The translations under genes and the position numbers were made by a program. This document shows positions 42,315 to 51,797 of a DNA stretch of 64,000 nucleotides, piece by piece; position 1 is the first letter of the stretch; the number at the start of each line of letters is the position of its first letter. The DNA comes from Candidatus Binatia bacterium. GTDB taxonomy: Bacteria > Desulfobacterota > Binatia > UBA9968 > JAJDTQ01. Location of the stretch: contig OY762897.2 of the NCBI GenBank assembly GCA_963666515.2, positions 992,001 through 1,056,000 on the forward strand, given 5' to 3'. The notes beneath the pieces were generated by a model that worked only from the letters and a program-made list of their open reading frames with translations, was not told where the DNA came from and searched no databases.

Positions 42315-42800
42315 TCCCGGGCGGCACCACGAGCCTCAGACTCAAGGGCGAGACCGCGTTCACCTGGGCCGAGATCGACGGGGCCGGGAGCCTGGAAGGC
42401 ATGAACTTGAATGCCAGCCGGCAGCGGCTGATGTTCGAAGGGGTCCACGCCCACACCCTCGCCTCGGGGGCTACTCTCACCCCCTCGGTCGAGATGGGGA
42501 TGCGGTATGACGGCGGGACGGGGACACCGGCCACAGCCTCGAGCTTGGGGGCGGCCTGCGGTATGCCGACCCGGCCACGGGGTTGACCGTCGAAGGCCGG
42601 GCCCGCACCGTGCCCATCCATAGCGGCGCGTACCGGGAATGGGGCGTGAGCGGGCTGGGGAAGGGTCCCGGCGGCTGAGCCTGGGCGGGCAATTCAACCT
42701 CGGCTCGGCGGTGCGGATGAGCCTGGAAGGCGTGCACAGCCGGCCGGTGCGCGGCCTCACAAGCCACGGCGTGATGCTGCGTGGCAGCCTGAACTGGTAG
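42311..42800 (+). pseudogene. Degenerate autotransporter beta-barrel remnant
   Basis: Close nucleotide similarity to ~40280-40997, with a frameshift near 42515 and an internal deletion near 42657; same CTGGTAG end. Confidence 0.85.
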
Positions 42801-42827
42801 TCGTGCCGGTGAAACGCCAGCCGGCCG

Positions 42828-43595
42828 CTACTCATCGGCCGGCAGCCCCACCGTGTCCGCTACGCGTTGGGCGTAGTGGTTCCAGGTCCACTCGTAGACC
42901 TTCGATACCGCGGCCTGAAGGCCCTGCTGCACCACGAAAGCGAAGGCGTCGATGTCCTCCTGAGGAAGCGGCTCCGGCGCACGTCCGCCGGTGGCGCGGG
43001 CGGCGTCCAGGGTGATCTTCGCCAGCATCTCCAGGCGGAGCGCCAGCAGGGTCACGGCTTCCACGGTGGGTCCGATGACGGTGAGGCCGTGCCCGCGCAT
43101 GAGGCAGCAGTCCCGGTCGCCCATGACCGCGATGAACTCCGCGGCCAGCTCCGGGGTGTCGATGAGCACCGAGCGCGGATAGAGGGGAATTCCCTGGATG
43201 GCCCTGCTCAGGCTCAACGGATCGTAGGAGCCGTAGATGGGCTTGAGTTCCAGGCCGGCGATGGTGGCGATGAGGCAGTGGTAGGGATGGGCGTGGAGGA
43301 CCACCTGTGCTTCCGCCCGCGCCTTGTAAAGCTCGCCGTGGATCGGCAGTTCCAACGGCACCCGGTATCCGTCCACCTGCTCCACGGTGCGGTCGAAACC
43401 CAGCCTGCGCACGTGGCGCACGTCGCTGTAAAGAAGCCCCTTCTCCTCGTCCCCGAGCAGCCGCATGAACATCTCGTCCGTGCCCGGAATGCGCGCCGAC
43501 AGGTGCCCCAGTATGTCGCCCAGGCATCCCTGGCTGGCCAGGATGCGGGTGCCCAGCGCGATCTTGCGCCGAAGGATCTCGAGCGATTCATCCAT
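42828..43595 (-). CDS. Class II aldolase/adducin family protein
   Basis: GHLSAR, ELPIH..Y, HAHP, LMRGHG. Confidence 0.9.
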   Translation of the reverse strand: MDESLEILRRKIALGTRILASQGCLGDILGHLSARIPGTDEMFMRLLGDEEKGLLYSDVRHVRRLGFDRTVEQVDGYRVPLELPIHGELYKARAEAQVVLHAHPYHCLIATIAGLELKPIYGSYDPLSLSRAIQGIPLYPRSVLIDTPELAAEFIAVMGDRDCCLMRGHGLTVIGPTVEAVTLLALRLEMLAKITLDAARATGGRAPEPLPQEDIDAFAFVVQQGLQAAVSKVYEWTWNHYAQRVADTVGLPADE

Positions 43596-43683
43596 GGGTT
43601 ACTCCGATGGCGTGGTCCATCCAGACGTGTAAACCGTGAACCCGGCGGGGTGTCAACCATCATTCGCCCAACCCCGAACCTGA

Positions 43684-43794
43684 CATTCCCGCGGAACAAG
43701 CTGTGTCAAACCCGAGGGCAGGGACGTACCGAACCCGTCATTCCCGCGGAACAAGCTGTGTCAAACCCGCAGGGCAGGGGCGTACCGAATACGT
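43684..43794. repeat. Two tandem ~55-bp direct repeats
   Basis: CATTCCCGCGGAACAAGCTGTGTCAAACCCG..GGGCAGGG.CGTACCGAA at 43684 and 43739. Confidence 0.85.
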
Positions 43795-43885
43795 CATTCC
43801 GGCGAAAGCCGGAATCCAGAGGCGGTGGAGCGGCGGAAGCCTCCCAGCCCCGCCCCTCCTGGATTCCGGCTTTCGCCGGAATGAC
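43793..43885. repeat. REP doublet (GTCATTCCGGCGAAAGCCGGAATCCAG and its inverse)
   Basis: Perfect 27-bp inverted copies at 43793-43819 and 43859-43885; identical copy at 60715. Confidence 0.88.
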
Positions 43886-43952
43886 GGAGGGGGCTATCGG
43901 GAATGACGGTTGGTGCTCCGTGTCACAATTGAAACGAAGGTTGCCTTGATCT

Positions 43953-45527
43953 ATGGTCGGTTCGTTCATGATCGTGTATTCCACCCTGTCGCAACTGTTG
44001 TCCCGTCAGGTCGAAGAGAGGCCCGATGCGCCGTGTCTCGTCCACGAGGATCGGAGGTGGAGCTATGCTGAGTTCGCCGGCGAGGTGGAATGGGTGGCGC
44101 GGGCCTTTGCGGCGTTGCCCCTACGGCCCGGAGACAGGGTCGCGATGCTGTTGCCCAACTGTCCGGAGTTTCTCTGGACGGTGTTCGCCATGGCCCGCAC
44201 CGGCGGGGTGTTCGTTCCTCTGAACACCGCCCAGACGGCCGACGAGCTGCGATACCTTCTGGCGCACTCCGAGGCGCGCTTTCTGCTGACCACGGATGCG
44301 TTCCTGCCGGTGATCGAGAGCATCCGGGGCGGCTGTCCCTGGCTGGAACACGTGATCACACTCGACGCCGGTAGCGGCGGCGACGTGACGGGATGGGATG
44401 CGTTCATTGGAGCGGCCCGTCCTGGAGCGAAACTCGCCGATGCGTCCCCCGAGGACCTCGCCTCGATCATCTACACCTCCGGCACCACCGACCGCCCCAA
44501 AGGTGTCATGCTCAAGCACTATGCTTTCGCTTTTGCTCCGAGCCACCGTGCCCGGGCGCTCGGTTGGACCGAGGACGACCGGGTGATGGTAGTGATGCCG
44601 CTGTTCCACGTGAACGCGCTGTGCCACATGACCATCGCCATGATGTCGGTGGGAGGGGTGGCGGTCCTGAAAGAGCGCTTCAGCGCCTCACGTTTCTGGA
44701 ACGACGTCAGGAAGCACGGCGTTACCACCTCCAGCATCATGCAGACGATTCCGCGCATCCTGCTGAACCTGCCGCCGGACCCCGCGGACGCGGACACGCC
44801 GTTGCGGCAGGTGATGGCGCTGCTGCCGCCGGACGTGCACCTGGAGTTCGAGCGCCGTTTCGGCGTCACCGCGGTGCCGTCCTACAGCCTTACCGAGGAC
44901 CTGCTGAGCGTCCTCGGGCCGCTGGAAACGTCCGTGCGGAAGCTCGGCAGTTGCGGCGTCGCCATCGCCCCGGGCGTGCACCGGCTGCGCATCTGCAACG
45001 AGGAGGGGGAGAGCTGCGCCCCCGGCGAGCTGGGTGAGATCGTCAAGCAAAGCCCTGCGGTCATGATGGGCTACTACAAGAACCCGGAGGCGACGGCCGC
45101 GGCTCTCCGGGACGGCTGGCTCCACACCGGCGACCTCGGCTACCTGGACGAGGACGGCTTCCTCTACTTCGTCGACCGCAAGAAGGACATGATCAAGCGA
45201 AGCGGGGAGAACATCGCCTCCGCCGAGGTGGAACGGGTGCTGAACTCCCATCCGCTCATCGCCGAGTCCGCGGTGGTGGCGGTGGACGATCCCATCCGCC
45301 AGGAGGAGGTCAAGGCGTGCATCGTGCTGGCGGAGGGCGCTTCTTCGGACGGCCTGCCGCCGGCGCAGCTCTGGGAATTCTGCGCGGAGCACTTGGCGCC
45401 GTTCAAGATCCCCCGCTATCTCGACTACCGGCCGGAACTCCCTAAGACGCCCAGCTCCAAGGTGCAGAAGAACCTGCTCCGGGAAGAAGGGCTGGCCGCG
45501 GGCGTGGTGGATCGACAGGCGCCTTGA
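43953..45527 (+). CDS. AMP-dependent acyl-CoA ligase (CaiC-like)
   Basis: YTSGTTDRPKG, PLFH, YSLTE, HTGD, RSGENI, PKTPS.KVQK. Confidence 0.92.
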   Translation: MVGSFMIVYSTLSQLLSRQVEERPDAPCLVHEDRRWSYAEFAGEVEWVARAFAALPLRPGDRVAMLLPNCPEFLWTVFAMARTGGVFVPLNTAQTADELRYLLAHSEARFLLTTDAFLPVIESIRGGCPWLEHVITLDAGSGGDVTGWDAFIGAARPGAKLADASPEDLASIIYTSGTTDRPKGVMLKHYAFAFAPSHRARALGWTEDDRVMVVMPLFHVNALCHMTIAMMSVGGVAVLKERFSASRFWNDVRKHGVTTSSIMQTIPRILLNLPPDPADADTPLRQVMALLPPDVHLEFERRFGVTAVPSYSLTEDLLSVLGPLETSVRKLGSCGVAIAPGVHRLRICNEEGESCAPGELGEIVKQSPAVMMGYYKNPEATAAALRDGWLHTGDLGYLDEDGFLYFVDRKKDMIKRSGENIASAEVERVLNSHPLIAESAVVAVDDPIRQEEVKACIVLAEGASSDGLPPAQLWEFCAEHLAPFKIPRYLDYRPELPKTPSSKVQKNLLREEGLAAGVVDRQAP

Positions 45528-45610
45528 CATCGAAGCGATCAACGGACGATGATGACCCGAACCCGAAGCGGCGATGCCGCAACCATTCCGAACGGAGAAA
45601 GGAAGACGCA

Positions 45611-47434
45611 GTGGCAAAACGCAACAGCACCGCACTGAAGCATCGCCCCGAGAGCCTGGGCACTCCCAAGATGAGGTGGGGCAGCGACGTGGTGGCCGCG
45701 GTGGCCCGCACGCTGGACCTCAAGTACATCGCGCTGGTCCCGGGGGCCAGCTACCGGGGATTTCACGACAGCCTGGTGAACTATCTCGGCAACGAGAACC
45801 CGCAGATGGTCACCTGCCTTCACGAGGAGCACGCGGTCTCCATCGCCGACGGATATGCCAAGGCCACGGACGAGCCCATGGCGGTGGCGCTGCACTCCAA
45901 CGTGGGGCTGATGCACGCCACCATGACCATCTTCAACGCCTGGTGCGACCGCACCCCCATGGTGATCTTCGGCGCCACCGGCCCGGTGGACGCGCACAAG
46001 CGGCGCCCGTGGATCGACTGGATCCACACGGCCGCGGACCAGGGGGCGATCATCCGCAACTACACCAAGTGGGACGACCAGCCGGCGTCGCCGCAGGCCG
46101 CGGTGGAGTCCGTGCTGCGGGCGAACCAGATGGCGCGGACGGCCCCCTGCGGCCCGACGTACGTCTGCCTGGACGTGGGTCTTCAGGAAGAACAGCTCAC
46201 CGAGGAGGTGCTGATCCCGGACGCTTCCCGTTACGCTCCGGCGGACCCCCCGTGCGCGCCGGCGGCCGCGGTCAAGCGGGCGCGCACACTGCTCAAGAGG
46301 GCGAAATTCCCGGTGATCCTCATGGGGCGTGTGTCCCGGAGCAAGGCCGACTGGGAGCGCCGGGTGAAGCTGGCCGAGGCGCTGAACGCGCCGGTGCTGA
46401 CCAGTTCCAACGATCCGTCCTCCTTCCCGACCACGCACGCGTTGCACCTGGCCCCGCCGGGACTGCGGCCTTCCAAGCAGGCGACGGCGCTGGTCCAGAA
46501 GGCCGACGTCATCCTGAGCCTGGACTGGCTGGACTTGGCGGGCTTCCTGCGAGGCTGCCTGGGGTCGTCGCAGACCCAGTCGCCGCCCGACAAGACCATC
46601 ATCCACTGCTCCATGGACACCTACCGCACCAACGGCTGGAGCATGGATCACCAGGCGCTGCCCGCGGTGGACGTGCCGGTGGCGTCAACCCCGGACACCT
46701 TCGTCGAGCAACTGCTGGAGGGCTTCGGCCGCAAGCGCGCCGCGGCCGCGGGCTTGAAGTACATCACCCACTGGACCCGCACGCCCACCGGCAAGGCGCG
46801 GCCCAGGCAAGGCAGCCCCATGACGCTCATGGACATGGCCCTGACCGTGCGCGAGTTCGCTCGCAGCAGGCCCGTCAGCTTCGCGCGCCTGCCCATCGGC
46901 TGGCCCGGCGAAGGGGCAGAGCACAGCGGCCCCTTGTCCTTCATGGGCAACGACGGCGGCGGCGGCGTGGGCAGCGGACCGGGACACGCGGTGGGGACCG
47001 CGCTGGCGCTCAAAGGCAAGGGCCGGTTGGTGGCGGCCGTTCTTGGCGACGGCGATTACCTGATGGGCTGCAACGCGCTGTGGACCGCCACACACATGGA
47101 CCTGCCGCTGCTCGTGATCATCGCCGACAACCGTTCCTACTACAACGACGAGATGCACCAGGAGCGGGTAGCGCAGATCCGCAAGCGCCCGGTGCAGAAC
47201 CGCTGGATCGGCCAGCGGCTGGACGATCCCCCGGTGGACCTCATCGCCATGGGCCGCGCCCAGGGCTTCGACGGCGAGGATCCGGTGTCCACGTCTGAGG
47301 ACTTGGCCGCCGCGCTGGAACGCGGGGCCAAGGTGGTGGCTCGGGGCGGCCGCTACGTCATCGACGCGCTGGTGGAGCCGGGCTACGCCGAAACCGGCGT
47401 GGACCAGCGGGTGGGGATGACCAAGAAGAAGTGA
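45611..47434 (+). CDS. Thiamine-pyrophosphate-binding protein
   Basis: PGASYRG.HDS, LHEEHAV, GDGD...DNRSY. Confidence 0.88.
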   Translation: MAKRNSTALKHRPESLGTPKMRWGSDVVAAVARTLDLKYIALVPGASYRGFHDSLVNYLGNENPQMVTCLHEEHAVSIADGYAKATDEPMAVALHSNVGLMHATMTIFNAWCDRTPMVIFGATGPVDAHKRRPWIDWIHTAADQGAIIRNYTKWDDQPASPQAAVESVLRANQMARTAPCGPTYVCLDVGLQEEQLTEEVLIPDASRYAPADPPCAPAAAVKRARTLLKRAKFPVILMGRVSRSKADWERRVKLAEALNAPVLTSSNDPSSFPTTHALHLAPPGLRPSKQATALVQKADVILSLDWLDLAGFLRGCLGSSQTQSPPDKTIIHCSMDTYRTNGWSMDHQALPAVDVPVASTPDTFVEQLLEGFGRKRAAAAGLKYITHWTRTPTGKARPRQGSPMTLMDMALTVREFARSRPVSFARLPIGWPGEGAEHSGPLSFMGNDGGGGVGSGPGHAVGTALALKGKGRLVAAVLGDGDYLMGCNALWTATHMDLPLLVIIADNRSYYNDEMHQERVAQIRKRPVQNRWIGQRLDDPPVDLIAMGRAQGFDGEDPVSTSEDLAAALERGAKVVARGGRYVIDALVEPGYAETGVDQRVGMTKKK

Positions 47435-47463
47435 TGCGGGAATGACGGAGGAGAGGCGGCAGT

Positions 47464-48048
47464 CTACACGTCGAAGAAAACCGTCTCCTGCGGTCCCTGG
47501 AGGTGAATGTCGAACTCGTAGACAGGCGGTGTGCCGTCGCCTTCCTGCTTGACGGCCAGGAGCGTTTCGCGCCGATCGGCGTCGTCAATGGATAGCAGCA
47601 CTGGGTCCTTGTCGTTGGCGGCTTCCTCGTCCGAGAAGTAGATCCGCGTCACCAGGTGTTTCAGCAGCCCCCGGGCGAATACGCACAAGGCGATGTGCGG
47701 CGCCTGCACCGTGTCGCTAGGTCCGGGGACGCAGCCCGGCTTGACGGTGACGATGGTGAACCGGCCCTCGCCGTCGGCGATGGCGCGGCCGAAGCCGTCG
47801 AATCCCGCCACAAGGGGCACTTCGCGCGTGTCCTCGGTATGGGCGTAGCGGCCGTGGACGTTGGCCTGCCAGACCTCCACGACGGAGTCGTCCACCGGTT
47901 GTCCCGCGCCGTCGAGGATCCGTCCCTCGATGCGTATGGCGTTGGGATCGTCCGGTGCCACCAACTCGGCGCCGCCTTCCCACGGCACCATGATGCGGTG
48001 GAAAGGGCCGACTGTCTGTGAAGGAGTGGTTCCGCGCCGCGCCGACAT
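47464..48048 (-). CDS. pcaG: Protocatechuate 3,4-dioxygenase alpha subunit
   Basis: TPSQTVGPF, EVWQAN, GFGR, QAPHI, RGLLKHL.TRIYF, ETVFFDV. Confidence 0.93.
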   Translation of the reverse strand: MSARRGTTPSQTVGPFHRIMVPWEGGAELVAPDDPNAIRIEGRILDGAGQPVDDSVVEVWQANVHGRYAHTEDTREVPLVAGFDGFGRAIADGEGRFTIVTVKPGCVPGPSDTVQAPHIALCVFARGLLKHLVTRIYFSDEEAANDKDPVLLSIDDADRRETLLAVKQEGDGTPPVYEFDIHLQGPQETVFFDV

Positions 48049-48051
48049 TTC

Positions 48052-48762
48052 TCAACCCTCCATGGGCGTGGCGTCCCGTCCCCGCAGCACGATGTCGAAC
48101 TCATAGGCCAGCGCCCACTCGGGTTCCGTGTGTTCCAGGTCCAGGCTGCACACCAGCCGTTCCCTCGCTCCCGCGTCGGGAATGGATTGGAAGATCGGGT
48201 CGCAGGCAAGCAGTGGATCGCCGGGGAAGTACATCTGCGTGATCAGCCGGGTGGCGAAGGCCGTGCCGAAGAGCGAGAAGTGGATGTGCGCCGGCCGCCA
48301 GGCGTTGGGGTCGTTGCCCCAAGGATAGGCGGCGGGCTTGATGGTCACGAAACGGTAGCGGCCGTCCGCGTCGGTGGTGCAGCGTCCGCCGCCGCTGAAG
48401 TTGGGGTCCAGCGGGGCAGGGTGGTTGTCGGCGTCGTGGCGGTAGCGCCCCGCGGAGTTGGCCTGCCAGATCTCCATGAGCGCGTCCGGTACCGGCCTGC
48501 CGTTCGAGTCCATCACCCGTCCGAGCACGATGATCCTTTCGCCCAGCGGTTCCCCGTCATGCTGGCGAGTGAGGTCGTGGTCCAGCGGCCCCACCTTCTC
48601 GTGCCCGTACACCGGCCCGGTGATCTCCGACAGCGTGTGGGGCAACGGCACCAGCGGCCGCTTGGGCGCCCGCAGCACCGTGGAGCGGTACTCTGGATGG
48701 AGATAGGGCGGTTGCTCGCCCGCTTCGTCGCGTTTGTATCCGATTGGCTGGTCCATGGTCAC
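48052..48762 (-). CDS. pcaH: Protocatechuate 3,4-dioxygenase beta subunit
   Basis: SEITGP, EIWQAN..GRYRH, DPNF.G.GR, AYPW, WRPAHIHFS (all Fe ligands present). Confidence 0.95.
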   Translation of the reverse strand: MTMDQPIGYKRDEAGEQPPYLHPEYRSTVLRAPKRPLVPLPHTLSEITGPVYGHEKVGPLDHDLTRQHDGEPLGERIIVLGRVMDSNGRPVPDALMEIWQANSAGRYRHDADNHPAPLDPNFSGGGRCTTDADGRYRFVTIKPAAYPWGNDPNAWRPAHIHFSLFGTAFATRLITQMYFPGDPLLACDPIFQSIPDAGARERLVCSLDLEHTEPEWALAYEFDIVLRGRDATPMEG

Positions 48763-48780
48763 CTCTCCTCCTCCAAGGGA

Positions 48781-49968
48781 TTACGCCGTATGCCGGGCCT
48801 TGTAAAGCAGCGCCACAAATGCCCCCGCAAGCGTGAAGACGCCGACCCAGACGAAGCCCATGTCGAAGGCGCCCAGGTCGCCGCACAGGCCCAGGAACCA
48901 GGGGGTGGCGCCGCCGCCGATGACGAACGCCATGGGCACCACCAGGGACACGGCGGTGCCGCGGGTCTGCATGTCGCCCAGGGTGGACAGGGCGGTAAAG
49001 CCGGCGGGGAAGAAGCCCACCGCCACCATCGGCTGGATGACCACCGCCAACGTCAGCCAGGAATCCGGGACCAGCCCCACGAGGGCCACGGTGACACCGC
49101 TCAGGGCCAGTGTTGTCGACAGGGTGCGGCGGACTCCGAAGCGGTCCGCCGCCCATCCCGCCACCAGGGCCAGGACCGGACAGGCGCCCCGGGAAAGACC
49201 AACCAGCGCGTTGGCCCAGCCTTCCCCCAGGCCGCGTTCCGATACCAGGTAGAGGGGGAGCATGGTGAACACGCCCAGGGTGATGGCGACTCCCAGGATG
49301 AAGAGCGCGAGGATGATCCACAGCATGGGGTCCTTCAGAAACCGCCAGACCACGGCAGGGACGGGAGGTTCGCCCGCGAACCGGCCGCCGCGGCCGAACG
49401 CGGCGTAGAGCCCGGTCGCAAGGAAGTTGACGAGGCCGAAGTAGAACAGGATGGCCCGCCAGGAGAGACTTCTGAGCAGCAGCTCCCCGAGCAACGGCAC
49501 GACGACGAAGCTTGTGTTGGGCGCCAGTTCGTGGATGGAGATGGCCTTGCCCCAGTGCGGCCGGGTGACCAGCGAGGTGATGGTGGCGATGGCCGACGGA
49601 AGGTACAGGCCGGCCCCCAGGCCCATGGCGAAGAGCCCGAGCCGGATGCCCGTCAACGTGGAGGCTTGCGCCACCCACAGTGTCGAGAGTCCCAGGAGGG
49701 CGAAGGACAGGACGATGGTCCGGTGGTGCATCAAGCGGGCCGACACGTAACCGGCCCCGGACATGGCGGTCAGGTACCCCGCGGAGATGAACAGGAAGAA
49801 CATGCCGGCCTGAGCATGGGTGATGCCCAGGTCCGTCTCCACGGAGGGCAGCAGCGGCGCCAGGATGACGCGGCCGGTGAAGTTCAGAAAGAAGATCACC
49901 GCCATCAGCAGCACCGCGGCGGCCTGCTGCCGGAAGGCGTCTTCGGTGAGGGCGTGGGAGAGGCCTAT
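48781..49968 (-). CDS. MFS transporter (start uncertain)
   Basis: About 12 TM segments, GW.ADRFG.RR motif. Confidence 0.85.
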   Translation of the reverse strand: MGLSHALTEDAFRQQAAAVLLMAVIFFLNFTGRVILAPLLPSVETDLGITHAQAGMFFLFISAGYLTAMSGAGYVSARLMHHRTIVLSFALLGLSTLWVAQASTLTGIRLGLFAMGLGAGLYLPSAIATITSLVTRPHWGKAISIHELAPNTSFVVVPLLGELLLRSLSWRAILFYFGLVNFLATGLYAAFGRGGRFAGEPPVPAVVWRFLKDPMLWIILALFILGVAITLGVFTMLPLYLVSERGLGEGWANALVGLSRGACPVLALVAGWAADRFGVRRTLSTTLALSGVTVALVGLVPDSWLTLAVVIQPMVAVGFFPAGFTALSTLGDMQTRGTAVSLVVPMAFVIGGGATPWFLGLCGDLGAFDMGFVWVGVFTLAGAFVALLYKARHTA

Positions 49969-50633
49969 TGCCTGCCTCCGTCCTTGAGCATGGATTCGTA
50001 GCTCAGGCCCATGACCTCGCTGACGGCGCGGCCCTTGCGGATCTCCGCGGCCATGAGGCTTTCCCGGTGGGCGATCTGCTCGGCCGCTTCCAGCACTTCC
50101 GTTTCCTTCTGGCGCGGAACGAACACCACGCCGCTGCCGTCGGCGATGACGACGTCTCCGGGGTGCACCTGGACGCCGGCGAACTGGACCTCCTCGTTGC
50201 AGGACTGCTCCAGGATACGGCCCCGCGCGGTCATGGGCGCGGCGCTCCTGGCGTAGACGGGGAACCCCAGCTCGCGGCTCTCGTCCACGTCGCGGCAGGC
50301 GCCGTCCACGATGACGCCGGCGACGCCCTTCAGCTTGGCCGCCAGCGACAGCAGCCCGCCCCACGCGGAGATCGGTCGTCCGGCGTTGTCGATGACGATG
50401 ATGTCGCCTCCCTCGGCGGCTTCAATGGCGCGGGTGCCCAGGTGCTGCTTCGACTGGTCCAGCCCCGCGGGCTTGAGCTTCATGGTCACGGCGCGGCCGC
50501 AGATCCTCGGGCACGGCCAGAGCGGGCCGACGCCGGTGGTGGCGCCGCGCAGGCCGAGACGATCCAGGGCGTCGGATACGGCGCAGGTATCGAGGCGGGA
50601 AAGGCGTTCGATGATATCTCTTTCACCGGACAT
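49965..50633 (-). CDS. RraA/HMG-CHA aldolase family protein (LigK-like)
   Basis: VSDALD, GRAVT, WGG, DGACRD, V.PGD.VIAD.SGVV. Confidence 0.88.
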   Translation of the reverse strand: MSGERDIIERLSRLDTCAVSDALDRLGLRGATTGVGPLWPCPRICGRAVTMKLKPAGLDQSKQHLGTRAIEAAEGGDIIVIDNAGRPISAWGGLLSLAAKLKGVAGVIVDGACRDVDESRELGFPVYARSAAPMTARGRILEQSCNEEVQFAGVQVHPGDVVIADGSGVVFVPRQKETEVLEAAEQIAHRESLMAAEIRKGRAVSEVMGLSYESMLKDGGRQ

Positions 50634-50664
50634 GGTTTGTCGTGTTGTTTGGAGCCGGAGGTGG

Positions 50665-51606
50665 TCAGGTCCAGTAGGCGAAGCCCATCCCGCAGCCCGT
50701 GCCCGCCGGGGAGCGGTATCCGGGCACGTAGTCCACCAGCGTCATTTCCATGGGCTCCACGGCGCCGCCCAGCGCCACCCAGTTGAGAATCTCGGAGGTG
50801 CCGCTCCGTAGCTTCTCCCGCGGAAGCGAACGGAGTCCGTTCACGTCCTTCTCGGCAAGGGCCTTCAACGTGGCCCGGTCGATTTCCTCGTCGACCACGA
50901 AGTGGCTCAGGCCGCCGGAGGCCATGACCGCCACCCGGGCCTCGGAGTCCCAGGATTCGATGGCGTCGCGGATGCACCGTCCCAGCGCGTAACAGCGCCC
51001 GGGCGTGGGCTGGTTCGGCGGGTAGTAGGTGTTGACCATCACCGGCACCATCGGCAACGTGCAGCCGGGCAGTATCCGCCGGTAGAGGAAGCTGAACGCG
51101 TGTCCGATGCCCTCGCGCAGCCGGTTGGTCCGGGCGATGTCGAACTCGTGGTCCGAGAGCCACGCGATGAGATGCTCGGCCAGCTCCGTATGGTTGGCAT
51201 ACACCAGGGCGGTCTCGGCCCAGCCCCGCTGCTCCGCCTGTTTCCATTCCGGCATGTCCCCCGTGCGCGGGGGCACCGGCAGCTCCGCCCCGTGATAGAC
51301 GGCGAAAGTGGGCATGTTGTCGTCCAGGAACTGCTCGTGTTGGTCGTCTCCCAAGGTGACGACCACGTCCGCTTCGGCCGCCGTCAGCTTCTCGCCAAGA
51401 ACCCTCAGCGCGCTCTGACACGCCTCGTACCGCTCCCGGAATCTCTCGGGCGTGGTCTCCCGGCGGATGTTCGCTCTTGCCGCGGCCACCAGCCCCGGAT
51501 AGTCCAGCCGGGGGTCCGTCTCGTCCTTGACCTGCAGCAGGCGCCAGTCGGCGATGCTCAACTGTGGGGTGTGGGAAGTCGCCAGCGCCAGAACGATTTC
51601 TGCCAT
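50665..51606 (-). CDS. Class III extradiol dioxygenase (LigB/MhpB-like)
   Basis: ATSHTPQ, GDDQ.E, GHAF, ASGGLSHF, SGTSEI.NW. Confidence 0.82.
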   Translation of the reverse strand: MAEIVLALATSHTPQLSIADWRLLQVKDETDPRLDYPGLVAAARANIRRETTPERFRERYEACQSALRVLGEKLTAAEADVVVTLGDDQHEQFLDDNMPTFAVYHGAELPVPPRTGDMPEWKQAEQRGWAETALVYANHTELAEHLIAWLSDHEFDIARTNRLREGIGHAFSFLYRRILPGCTLPMVPVMVNTYYPPNQPTPGRCYALGRCIRDAIESWDSEARVAVMASGGLSHFVVDEEIDRATLKALAEKDVNGLRSLPREKLRSGTSEILNWVALGGAVEPMEMTLVDYVPGYRSPAGTGCGMGFAYWT

Positions 51607-51769
51607 GGTGGGTCTTTCAGGCGTGGCCCGGTATCGTGTCCCATGAGCGCACTCCCGTCTACGAGAGCGCTTATTGGAAAAGGAAGGGGCTGTCAAGTTG
51701 AGAGGTTAGCGCCGCTCGCGCACGGCACACACGGTCCATCGAACACCACAACCATCGAGCCAACCCCTG

Positions 51770-51797
51770 TTGACTTGCTCCCCGAGCTGTGTATGAT
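51770..51797 (+). promoter_or_regulatory. Putative sigma70 promoter for the surface-protein island
   Basis: TTGACT, 16 bp, TATGAT with upstream TG. Confidence 0.4.

Noticed and set aside
43684-43794. Possible mini-CRISPR
   Set aside because: Only two units, the intervening sequences are nearly identical, and there are no cas genes.
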